A stretch of DNA of 64,000 nucleotides, taken from assembly GCA_905178155.1 (NCBI GenBank), contig CAJINV010000002.1, forward strand, positions 3,114,515-3,178,514, read 5' to 3'. This document shows, piece after piece, positions 34,519-46,277 of the stretch; position 1 is the first letter of the stretch, and each line of letters begins with the position of its first letter. The position numbers and the translations under genes were made by a program. Below the pieces are notes generated by a model, which did no database searches, had not been told where the DNA came from, and worked only from the letters and a program-made list of their open reading frames with translations. This stretch comes from Amoebophrya sp. A120. Taxonomy: Eukaryota; Protista; Dinoflagellata.

Positions 34519-35807
34519 TCAGGTTCAAAAGCTTAGCGTAATTGAGGAACAAAGGATGAATATGAAAGGTGGAACTGGCGAGTACTAGTAGTAGCAAGTC
34601 ATTCTGTGGCAGCTCGAATAGGAATATAGTAGTACCAGATTCGTTTTCGCATGAAGAACCAGAAACAGTCGCATTAGTTAATTTAGTTTAGTAAAATTTG
34701 TCAGCTTCAGATACCTAAGTTCAGATTGAAGACCGTTTAGTTCTCTACACGCAGTACAACACGATAAGGTGAAGCGAGCACATGAGCAGTAAGAGAAACC
34801 GAAGAAAAATCGTATAGCATGATTTTGCAAAGAAAGACCACTTCACGAAGCAAGACGAGCTAAAAGCACTACATAAAAACGAAGGAATATCAAGATCGAG
34901 TGGTGATCATTATCGGTAGCATAGCCTCATTGCTGTACAATGCACGGTCCGGAAACTGCCCTGCTTTTCAAGACCTATTTTGCTATTAAAGTTGATGAAA
35001 GACATAGACAACACTTGTTGCTCCAAGTTCGCAGTCATTTTCTACTTGTGCGTGGTCCTATTGTTCCTCTAAGAACCGCGGCAAAAAATCGTACGACCAC
35101 GGCGCTGCAATAAGAACGAAGCACATCACTTGAGAGCCCCCGAAGAACAAACATCTCGGTTGTTTTTTTTCATGCACGACGTCAGCGCAGTCTTCACCCT
35201 GAGAGAGCAACGAAATGACGAAGCGCAGACACTGTTTTCGGTCATCGTGATGAATACAACAGCTCTAAGAAGCGGAAGCCGATGGAATGGTGATGTCGGT
35301 CGTTTTTTTCTGGTGAGCCTGAGCCTGAGCTCGAGTGCACGTGTTGAAATTGGAATTCAAAAAAATTTTCGGTTTCTCGTGTCTGTAATGGCCATAATAA
35401 GGTCGTGTCGTACGTACAAGCAAATGCGAACGTTATTATATCACAATACGTCCAAGAACTAGAACTACACGTCGTTTTTTTCGTCACGTACAAATATGCG
35501 TACTACTATGTTGTTGGAACGTTCTATCGCTGAACCATCTTCCACTACTCCACAGGATTCTGAAGAGCAGCTACACAGGCACACTTCCCCGTGCTCTTGT
35601 GTAGTTTAGCTTCTTGTTGTCCTCTCCCGCCTATAATAAGTAGTACTTATTACAGGATTTTACCTCGTCTGCAGTAGCAGATTATACCTACAAGAGCATC
35701 CTGTGCAGGATATCATAATTTTCAACAAGCTTATTGCAGCTTAGTTGCAGAAGTTTGAATCTTGGTTTCGCACACGAACCCCCTACTGACAAACCTAACT
35801 CGACAAG

Positions 35808-38800
35808 ATGGCGACCAAGTTGGGTGCGATCGCTGAGTTGACTCACGATGACAAGAAGGAGATCGTGAAGCAGATGTTGGACGATGACGACGAGGACGAC
35901 GTATTGATTTTGATTTTGTTTGCTCGTATGCATGACAAATCATGGCTTTCATGTACGGCTCCGCATGAGAAATCGAAATGTGAAAATGTAAATTGTACAA
36001 CTACATCGCCTCTGTCATGCCAAAACCACAATAAAAACTACAGGAACCGTCCGACTACGATTCCGATGCGGATGGCGTCCTGCCGCCCTCCAAGCCGGTC
36101 CCAGCGTCCCACTGGGTGAAGGGAGCTCTTTATGAAATGCAAAAATGTCTGGGTCTGGAAGGATGCAACTTGTGATGCTGAATTTGGATTGCTACAAAAA
36201 TCTGTATTGCGTGAACAGCAAAAGAGGTCCAGTTTTTGCCACGGCGAGAGGGTATTTCTCATGCGGTATAGGCATCAGGAAGCCCTCACAAAATGAAAAT
36301 CTGTGATGCTGAGGCATGCATCACAGACATCATGAGTCATGCAAAATGTACATGACAAACCTTGCATCCTTCCAGACCCAGACACTTTTGCACTTGATAC
36401 GCTTGTCCGCGAGACAATGGAAGCCGTGGAACAGATGGCCAAGGATGGACAGCTGGTGAAGGAGACGGACAACCGAGGCAAATCGAAGATGAGCTTCATT
36501 GCACCGGTATAGAACTTGTACGCGTTTTTTGTCATGCATGTTGAAACCGCAGAATAGGTGGCACTTGTCATGACAGGATAGCATGCTAGCTATCCTGCTC
36601 GCAAGAAATCGAACAGCAACTCCTCAACATCAATTACAATTTCTCATACACAAAAACAAACAGGACGGGAGCAAGGAGTTGGTCGGCAAGGTGGCTCGGG
36701 AGCAAGGCCAGAAGTCCATGGCGTTGAAGTCCATGATGACCAGCAAGATCGGCTCCGGCGGCGGCGCTGGCTGGGCGAAGGGATCCATGATTCTCGCCGG
36801 TGCGTACAAAGGTGCGGATAAGCCGTCTGACGCGACCTTCAACCACAAGCGGTCTTTATGGATTGCAAAAATGTCTGGGTCTGGAAGGTTGTAACTTGTG
36901 ATGCTGTCTTCGGATTCGAAAAACATCTGTATTGCATGAGGAGCAAAAGGAGTCCAGCTTGTTCTACACGGCGAGGGCGTTTCTCATGCAGATAAGGCAT
37001 CAGGATTCCCTCTAAAAATCTGTTGTGCCTGCCTTTTCGCGCGCCAGCCCCTTTTGCTTCTACTGCTACAGCTCGTCTTACGAAAGGCCTTAGAATTTAT
37101 TCCCATACATATTTAGATTTACAAGCGCTTAAGTAGCAGTACTAAGTTTTCCGATTTACTTACTTTTTCAGTAGAAGTTTACGTTGCGCAGTATTAGCAT
37201 TCATATATCAGTTTTAGTAGGCCTCTGAACGGCAAAGGGACGAACAGCCCGTAGACCTCCGATGTGATGCCAGGTTATGCATTACAGACAACATGGGTCA
37301 TGGAATATCTGCATGACAAATCTACAAATCTTCCAGACCCAGACATTTTTGCATTTGATAGTCTTCCATTGGCTGGGGTGACCCGACCACGTCGAGCTTA
37401 ATGAAGATGGCGCTGGACCCGACGAAAGTATATTAATGGGCTAGAATTTGATAAACTGATCTAGAACTAGATATCAATGCCTGACCATGCATGAGAAACC
37501 GTGATGTTTTTACGCATCTCGCATGACAAATCCATGAAACACTAAACCCTCACCCTGAACACGAAAAAACACCACAGCCCATCCCTCACCTGCACAAGGG
37601 TGCGGACGTGAAGGTCGCTTTGGTTGGTGACCTCGGTACCAAGTGTGTCTCGCACTTGCCGCGACGGTGGCACGAGGCGGCTTTGTCGGTGCGGGACACG
37701 ATTTACGACCCCGATTTCTACGATGATGGCACCTACGGCCCGCTCTACATCCGGTATTATAATAGTGCTTTTTCTTGCAGTCTGTGCATGAGTAGAAAAT
37801 GTAGCTGTCATGCCGAAAGATGCAACACAAATAAGAACCGGAAGAACCTGCCTGTCTGCAGAACAAGTCTCATACATTCTGTCATGCTAAAAAACTATTA
37901 CAACAACCATTACAGTAACTGCATCCACTCGTCCCTGACCTACAACAAACACGACGGTACCGGAGGGTTAGAAGGCGCCACCATGCGCTTCCGCCCGGAG
38001 AGATCCGACGCGCACAACCGGGCGTGTGACCACGTGCACAAGAGAATCGAGACCCTCGTGAAGAACAAGCATCCCTGGATTTCCTTCGCGGACGCGTTTG
38101 CACTCGCCGCGTACGTCGTGATTGAGGTGTCCGGCGGGCCGATCATCCCGCTGAGCGTCGGCAGGAGAGACAGCGACGGTAAGGTGTTTGAGGGAACCAA
38201 TATCGAGCGGAAACCGGTCATGCCGGGGAGATTGCCCATGCCGGAACAAGGTATGATTTTTCGATTTGTATTGCGTTTTTTGGTTGAAAGCTTGACTTTG
38301 CCATGCATGATCTGCACCGAAATGGAGATGACTACAGTTTTCGCATGTAATATCGATACAACTCTGTGTTTGTCATCATGCAAAAATACAATAAAAACTT
38401 CAGGTATCCACGACGAGGAGCAAGAATTACTGGCTATTGCCGACCAGATGCGCCGCATCTTTCTCGATCGCGCGGGCGTTACCGAGCAGCAGATGGTGTG
38501 CTTAATTCTCGGCGGTCACTCCTACGGGCGCTGCCACCAGCATATCTCCGGCTACGCGGGCCCCTGGCAGCACAACCCGGGAAGGTTTAACAATATGATG
38601 GCGTGGAATCTGCTGAATCACGAGTGGAAACTGGTCGATAAGACGATGGAGGACTGCAGTGGAGATTTGATCACCGGTCTGAAGCCGAGAGGTATTGATT
38701 CATATTTTTGTGTTACATGGAATTTTCGCATAACAACAAAGACGAAGAGTTTGTGATGCGTTGTAACCCTAACCTACATGGATGACCATTAGCAAATGAG

Positions 38801-39156
38801 AGAGAGATCATTTTTGTCATGCAGAAACGCAATATCGAAAATCTAAATTAGGTATCCGACGGCAGTACGTGAACGAGAACGGTAAGGGCGGCATCATGAT
38901 GTTGATGTCCGATATGTGCCTGATCCGGCAGCCGGCGTGGCGCAAATGGGTGGAGATCTACGCCAAGGATTCGAACCGGCTGAAGCGCGATTTCGGCATC
39001 ACCTTCAAAGCCGCAACGGAGCTCGGCTGGGTCAAGCCGAAGCAGCCGGAGTCCTTCTGGGAGGGAGTGGTGATGAAGGTCAAGGCTATTCCGCAGATGA
39101 AATTGCGGGAGATCGCGGAGTTCGTCTGCTGCCGGGAGGAAACTTATTACCGATAG
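35808..39156 (+). CDS. Class I heme peroxidase (cytochrome c peroxidase/APX-like) with a ~200-aa N-terminal extension; 8 introns
   Basis: YDDGTYGPLYIR-NCIHSSLTY, GTGGLEGATMRF, ISFADAFALAA, GRRD, GRLP, LGGHSYGRCH, SGYAGPW, MMLMSD. GT-AG introns 35901-36043, 36507-36663, 37428-37577, 37754-37915, 38251-38403, 38692-38851, plus two A introners. Joining the N-terminal exons to the peroxidase depends on intron 37428-37577. Confidence 0.82.
36131..36399. mobile_element. Introner family A
   Basis: TSD CTCTT/CGCTT. Confidence 0.92.
36857..37360. mobile_element. Introner family A carrying a ~240-bp internal insertion
   Basis: TSD GTCTT; family A body interrupted at about 37024-37262. Confidence 0.9.
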
Positions 39157-41031
39157 ATAAGATTCATCGTTGAGAACTTTTCAAGTCCTCTGATCATTTT
39201 TCTCTACTTCGAGCGAAAACGTACATAGAAGCATGGTGTTGTATCTAGTGTATGATTTGCTTTAAAAAATCAGTGTTGTTTCGATCGTCCTGAAGAAGAT
39301 GAAGATGAACACAAGATGAACCTCCATGTGGTCGTGCTAAGATTCCTATCCAGGTGGTGGCTCTTTTAGCACGGTGGGTCGTTTCTAACTTCACTCGTTT
39401 CTTGTCTTAGTCTAATATTACATTTTTTCACTCATTGTTCTCTATCAAGTCTTCTAAATCAACTTCGTACTACACCAATTTTTAATCCTATTTTTCATGT
39501 TGACTTTTTTGCTGAGGTAACCGTATGAATCTGATTTTACCCGCCGAGACAAAAATCTTCATATCTCTGTTATGCTTACTTGGTAGTTGAAGGAGCAAGT
39601 GTCTGCTTGTAAACCACGATCTATTTTGAAAGGAAAAGAAAAAAATGGTGTTGACCCTTCGATTCGTATGAAGAACAACTCGAAGATCACCAGGTCAAGA
39701 AAAGGTCACTTCTTCCGCCTTCACTAGTTTAAAAACCGTATAAAGCTCGTTCTTCTACTTTGGGTAGCTGCTGGTGCGACTACAACACGACGTGAGTATT
39801 ACCACCAGCAGTAGAATGAGCAACTAGAAAACCAGAACCTCCGATAGGCGACAGGACCACGAGGAGCGGAAAGCGTTTCATTTATTTTCCAGAGACTTCG
39901 ACGCAAGAAGTCAAAGTCTCAATCTATTCTGTACAAAAAAATACAACGTCGCCCAATGAAAAATAAGGAAATGAAACCCCGTTATAAACTAGAATTTTGA
40001 AGAGCAGTATTAGGAGAGAGGAAATTGTCAAGGAAAACGAATAAAAAATCCAAAACAGTAAAAGGCGAAAAAACACGAATATTTCACGGTATGCAGCCGT
40101 CGATAGAAGATCCGTACTCGAATTTTATGAATAATTTTGTCAATCTTCAAGACGAGTCAGCTAAGCCACACAAAAACCAAATCACCAACTTCCGAAAAGA
40201 ACGCGAGTTGCCCACTGCAACAGCGGAGCGAGAACTAGACTGCATCACTTTACCATGCACGTTGAGGATGTTCTTTGCGACCACTCGTTGCAACTGCAAA
40301 AAGATCCAATAGAAGATCCCCGCCAAGAAGAGCAGCAAGTGTAGATGTTCATGTTGTGCCTGGTGCAGCTCCTTGAGCTTGTCTCACTCGTGTCATTGTA
40401 GCTGACCGACAAGATCCTAAGCTCCTTGTTGTAGCGGCTCTGGTCGTGATTTGAGCCTGCAACAAACGATCCATCTCGCCGCGCAGTCGTGACCATGGAT
40501 CGTTGCAAGAACAAACGATCCATCTCGCGCATAATTCGCCATCGTACAACCTCGTGAGTCATTCATGGGGTCGCAACATCTCATCGTCAACTCTGAGGTC
40601 GAGATACATTGACTTTTTTTTTTCAACTTCTCAACGACAAATTTTGATTTTCCATGTATTTCACATCAGGTTGCTTGCTTCTCTGTTATGCTGCATTCTT
40701 GAGGATAAACCATTTTTACACCTATTGCATCCAACTTTTACGCATCTCTCTCGCTGCTTCAGCGGCTGCCCAGAGCCTGGGTTAGTCTAGAAGTTTGATT
40801 TAGAAGTGCGATACAACTACGAAGAACTTTTAATACCATTCTACTAGCGACGAGAAATTGCAATCTATTTCAATTGCGATTGTTGTTTCACCCCGCAAAT
40901 AGAAATACTACACCTCGTAAACTAACTACCTGACATACATTTTATTGACCTGACTCGCTTCCACATCCACCCTCCTTCCTTTAGTCCTCTCAACCTGTAT
41001 TGATAAATCCCGAAACGAAAACACAAAAAAA

Positions 41032-42989
41032 ATGCCGAAGCCAGCTGGAGCTCATGACTTGCTCAAGGCCAAGAAGGCCGCGAAGGAACACAAGATTTCT
41101 GTTAAAATTGTCAAGAAAAAGGACGAGAAGGGAAGCAAGAATTTGAAATCGAAGTTGAAAGACGTGAAGAAATTGAAGTCGAAAATGGTGTTCAAGGACA
41201 CGAAAGAGAAGGGAAAAGATCCGAAATTTTCCAAGAAGGACAAAGACAAGGCGAAATTTGACAAGTTGAAATACGACAAGTTGAAGTACGACAAGAACAA
41301 GAAAATGAAGTACGATAAGGGCATGAAGGAGCTGAAGGACAAGGGCGCGAAGTTTGACAAGCTGTTCATGCAGCACTCGATGGCGTCGATTAAAAAGAAG
41401 AAAGGCGTGAAGACCGCAATGAAGAAAAAAGCCTCCACCTCCGGTGTAATTCAAAAGATCAAATCTTCCACGAAACTGTTCCGTCCGAACAAAAAGAAAA
41501 ACCGCGCGAAGCCGGGGGAGCGGGTGAAAGAAGCGATCAAGTTTTACCAAGAACAGGTGTGCCCGACGGAAAATCTGGTCCGCTTTTGTCACGCGAAAAA
41601 GTTCACTGCGCTGTGCTTGCAGAATTTCCGACAGGCGGCAGCTTCGGTGGGGAAAAGTGGTAAGAAGAAGGATGGCGCGGGTCATCTTTCGATGAAGAAA
41701 CACGATGGCCAGCAGGAAGAAGAAGAAGAACCCAGCAAGATCCGCGTTAAGGAGCTAGCTGTCGAGCATCTTCTAACCGTCACCGAGGAGCACATCCAGA
41801 AGCTGATCCAGAATTCCCAATCCTTCAGCTACTGCCGGGGCAACCAAACTTTACAGTCGAAGGATTTGCAGTTTGGGAAGATGAATTTAGAGAACAAATC
41901 CTCGAAAGTCACTATTCAAAATACCGCGCCGTTTCTAGATCCTATGCACTGCAAAAGCATCGCACTCGTATTGCAATCATGCATTACAGATTTCTTTCTT
42001 CAGCTCAATCAGCATTACAAATTTTATTTCTCATGCTGAGGAAATTTGTAATGCATTTATACGAGTGCGATACTTTTGCACTGGATAGACCCGAAAACGG
42101 AGCAAATCAACACGAAAACGCGGAACAAGCTGCAAGTCCTGTATTCCCCACAAAACAAGTGTCGTACTCGTATAAATGCATTACAAATTTTCTCAGCATG
42201 AGAACTTGACTTTGTCATGCTGTTTTACCTTAAGGACAAGAATTGTCGTGCATAGTTGGAAGTAGTAAGTACGAGTGCGATACTTGTTTTGCAATGCATA
42301 TCCTGCACGACGGCTCGATTGACGCCAGCCAGTGGTGGGATCCGGAATTGGATGAGAATTTCCAGCATTTGTGTGGTGGGAAGAAGGACAAAGACAAAGA
42401 TGTTGGGAAGAAGTGCGTGATCGCCTTTGACGACGGGACGGATTTTTTCGGAGGAGAAGCTTACCATGCAGATAAGGATCATTTCAAAGCCGGTACCGCT
42501 TCTTTTGATAAGAATTTCAAAGACGACAAAGACAACAAGCAGCTCCTGTTCAAAGACGTCAAAGACTTGAAATTTGCGAAGAAAGGAATGAAGACCCCAG
42601 CACTTTTGAACTCCTCGGAAAACCACTACACTTCCTCGAGCAGCAAGACAAGCACTATCAAGACCCACTTCCACCCGCCGGGGCAAACGAATCTCCAGAT
42701 CCCCTACGAGCTGAAGGAACTCCGTTTTCCGAATGACGCCGATATCCGAAAGTTATGCCATCGTGCCGGGGTCTTGCGCCTCGGCGGACAAATGAGCGTG
42801 ACGAGGTTACGGGCGGAATTCAAAGATTACTTCTTCAAGGTCTTGCAGAAGGCCAACATCTTGCGGGATTTCTGCGGCGAAAAGAAGACTCTGATGAAGA
42901 AGCACGTCACGGAGGCGTTGGGAGTGCTGGCGCGGAATAACTCCGGAGTGGGATCAGCCGCGAAGAGCAGCAGCAGTAAAAATGGCTGA
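41032..42989 (+). CDS. Lys-rich protein with an H3-like followed by an H4-like histone fold (~547 aa); two introner introns
   Basis: Exons 41032-41942, 42093-42141, 42306-42989 are in frame. KKNRAKPGERVKEAIKFYQ...IRVKELAVEHLLTVTEEHIQKLIQNSQSFSYCRGNQTLQSKDLQ aligns by eye with H3; DADIRKLCHRAGVLRLGG...LRAEFKDYFFKVLQKANILRDFCGEKKTLMKKHVTEAL aligns with H4. Confidence 0.78.
41943..42087. mobile_element. Introner family B
   Basis: TSD GATCC/GACCC. Confidence 0.9.
42142..42300. mobile_element. Introner family B variant
   Basis: TSD TCCTG; IR aaaacaagtgtcgtactcgta/tacgagtgcgatacttgtttt. Confidence 0.88.
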
Positions 42990-44449
42990 GTGGCTCCAGA
43001 GATCCGAGAAACACTTTTGGCGGAGTTTTACTAGAAGCAAAACCGCCATACCAGATATCCACACTGTGAGCGATTCCAGTGTGTGCTTATGGGAAACAGA
43101 AGAAGATGAATTTTTTGTACAATCTGACAGCAAGAATGGACGTTTTCTACACATCATACTATGACGTAGAAAACGCAAAGCAAAATCACATGACAAAAAA
43201 TCATAAAAACGAAAACCGCCTTCTGCGAAGAACAAATTGGATGCCGCGGAGGGGTTTTGAAAAAGCCGACCGAAAACGACTTTTACACCGGGAAACAATA
43301 AAAAAACGCTGTGCAAAACACGAACATACACAATTACATGGGTAAGCATACAGAAAAAACGAAAATGCAAAAAACCGACAAAAAGCGAAGACACCGTGGT
43401 GCAAAACAACCAGCCCGATGCCGATGCCCCGCAAGGAACTACAACCGAAAAACACCACCTGCAACAGACAAGAACGTCGTGCCACGCCGGGACGATCATG
43501 ACCGCCGACCGCAGCTACCAGAAGGTCTACGAGGATCACGATTGCCAGTTTTGAAAAACATCAGTGCAACCCCGACGAGCGACAAGACAAGTAGGTTCCA
43601 GAATGAAAGGACAAACGCGAGCGCAGCGGCAACTGGCGGTACTATTGATTGTGAAGGAAGCAAGAAACTGCACGTTAAGGACAGGCCGTGTATTGCAGGA
43701 GCTTGCCGATGCTGCCGTTTTGGTTTTACAAGACCACATTTTCGAGCCTGTTGTGGAGAGGAACACCGAGAAAATTGATGCCTCCACAGACGGGTACGGA
43801 CCGAAGTGTGAAGATATGGGAAGAAGACGAAAACGAGACAAACTTTTTGTCACGTTTCTATATATCACTGACCAGGAATTCAAAAAACTTCGTTAGAGTT
43901 GTTTACCAACTTGGACGTTTTACTAGCCATAACCTGCAACACCTTTTGGAAAAAATCTAAAACGTTTAAGTCACAGCATATTTTTCATGAAACTGCGAAA
44001 AAAAAATGAAAAATCAAATTATGTTGCCAGAAAGTAGAAGAAGAAGTCGACGTTACCTATGAAGAAGCTTATTTCCCTGGAATTCTCTTACTGTACCAAA
44101 CCCAGAGGCATCGCCAGAACACGTTCACTCGTTCCAAGATTTCTAAAAGGCACAGCCGCGCGGAGCACTCGAAAGCGTTTTTGGATGCAAGCGTGTTAGA
44201 AGTAGTGTGTAAAGAGGAACAAGCGGCAGTAAGAGCCAGAGAACGAAGGTGAAGGTCAACCTCAGAAACTTTTTTAGACAGAATTACATGTCTGCGAGTG
44301 CGAAAATGAAGAAAAAACAATAATCAGATGAAGTGAAAGCGCTTCCAGTGGTGGTTGCTGAAATGGCTTTGCGAAGGGAAGAATGTCTATGACGTCGATC
44401 TTGGCACTCCACTTGTGTTCCCGGTGTGTCTTAAGCTGGTCGCTTTTCT

Positions 44450-45840
44450 GTAGCATTGTGGCTCCCCGTCTCGGCATGTAGCGCATCGACGTCGCCGATA
44501 CCCCGCTACGTAGGGGGGAGCTCCGAGGTTTTTGCCTGGGGCCGATGGCTTCTCATGGCTGGAGACATCCTGGCGCCGCCTTATTGCCGCGGCCCCTTCT
44601 CTTCGGTTGGAGTGTGGGCGCCCGTATACGATGGGCCCGCCCGGGTATGTGCTTGCTCCTGTTTTCTCTGTTCCAGGAATCGGCAAGGGCGCAAGAAGCA
44701 GCCGCCCAAGCGCGGAAGGGTGTGGCCTGTTGGGTGGCCAAGGGGGCCCGGGTTGTCTCCCCAGGCCCCACCGCTACGACGCCCTCTTGAAGAGGTTCGA
44801 CAAAATGCAGGACAGCATGGAATTCCAGAAGGCCGCCCTGCAGACGGAAGTGATGAACTGGCGCAACTTGTTTGAGCCGGAAGGGGGTAAAGTGGTGACA
44901 TGGCAACCCCGGCGGCGCCTACCGCATTGGGGCCGAGCCAGCGAGCCCCGCGGGCTTGGCGGGGCTTGCAACTGGTGGCCCCGGGGCGGTCGCCGTAATG
45001 CGGCCCTGGGGCCGGGGCATCGGGGTGGCGCGCCTGTGTGTGCCCGAGCGGCCGCGCGCTCTATGTCGCCCGCCCGACAGGCTGCGGCCGGCGCGTCTGT
45101 CCTCGTCCAAGCCGCGGCAGCTCCTGTTTCCCATGCCAGGGCCAGGCGCGCAGACAGCGGCGCCGAAGCCCAAGCGGTTTCCTTCGGCCCCCGGGATAAC
45201 GAAAGAGAAACTGCGCAACTCATCCCAGGCCGGTCGCCGCCGCTGCGTGCTAGCTTCCTTCGCGGGCGCCCGCATTCCTTGGGCCCGCCCCCCCCCGTCC
45301 GCGGTCCGCCGGGCGGGCGGGCTGGATGGTGGGCCTTTGGGTTCCTCGTCGGTCGCTCGGCCGACCTTGATTGGCGCCCGCGCGCCCGCCCCTTGGGCCC
45401 GGCCGCCCGTAGGCCGTTGCTTGCGCTTGCCGGGCCTGCCGCTGAGCCCCGGCGCCGCGGGCTTGTGTGTGTTTGTAATGTTCCTACCGAGCCGGCGGGC
45501 GCCGGCCAACCAGAAATGTGGTGCGTGTGCGCAGTGGGCCGCGGCTGGCTGGCGCGGTTTGGCCGGCCCGGCTGCCCGATAGCCCCCCGCCTCCCCCCCG
45601 TTTGATTGTTTGGCACCAATGGGGCCCTCCGGCGCATTTTTTCTTTTATTCTTTGTTCTTATCTATGCAGCCACTAGCGCCCGCGGAACGAACATGATCG
45701 CGTGTCCCGGCCTCGCAGGGAGTGGCCCCTGCGTTCGATGCGTAGGTACCGGGGGAGGGTCGCGTGACCAGCCACACGTATGGCCAGCCTCTCATGTTCT
45801 CGAGCTCCTGAAGCGTGTCGGCCGCGCCGCCCCCCTGTAA
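44450..45840. other. GC-rich intergenic island of unknown function
   Basis: Abrupt GC increase; overlapping R/G/P/A-rich ORFs on both strands with no recognisable domain. Confidence 0.5.
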
Positions 45841-46277
45841 TTCTTTTCTGCGCATATTTCTCACTACAGACATCCGCTTTGGTACTTGCATTCACCTGTA
45901 TGTGCAGGCGCCTATTCCCTGGGCGAAAGTCTAGGAGGCTTCCTCATGGCCCCGTGGTGGATAATATTGCGGCGCCATTGAGTGCGGGCTTTTGGTGAAT
46001 ATTGTTCTGGCGCTTGAATTTCGAAGAGCGTTCTTGCGTTGCAAGGAAGAGGCCCCTCCGCCTGTCGTTTCCTCTGGGATCACGTTTGTTTTTGTGGGTT
46101 TTGATTTTCGTGTCTGTGTAGTCCCGCAGCTCTTCTTCCACTAGAAGCGATTCTTGCGAGGTCTTCGTCAACGTTCAGACTAAAGTACTTATTAGAATTT
46201 CGACGAGTATGTTCATGTTGTGATCGCACAGGCTGCATCAAACTCCTCTTATTTTTATCTCCTCTGGTCCACAAAAG

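Noticed and set aside
37754-38403. Treating ORF 37608..38756 as one exon
   Set aside because: It reads through two stop-free in-frame GT-AG introns that break the peroxidase motifs.
44532-45637. 357-aa and 287-aa ORFs in the GC island
   Set aside because: R/G/P/A-rich overlapping ORFs are expected from high GC; no domain recognised. A short helical stretch near 44770-44875 is not enough support.
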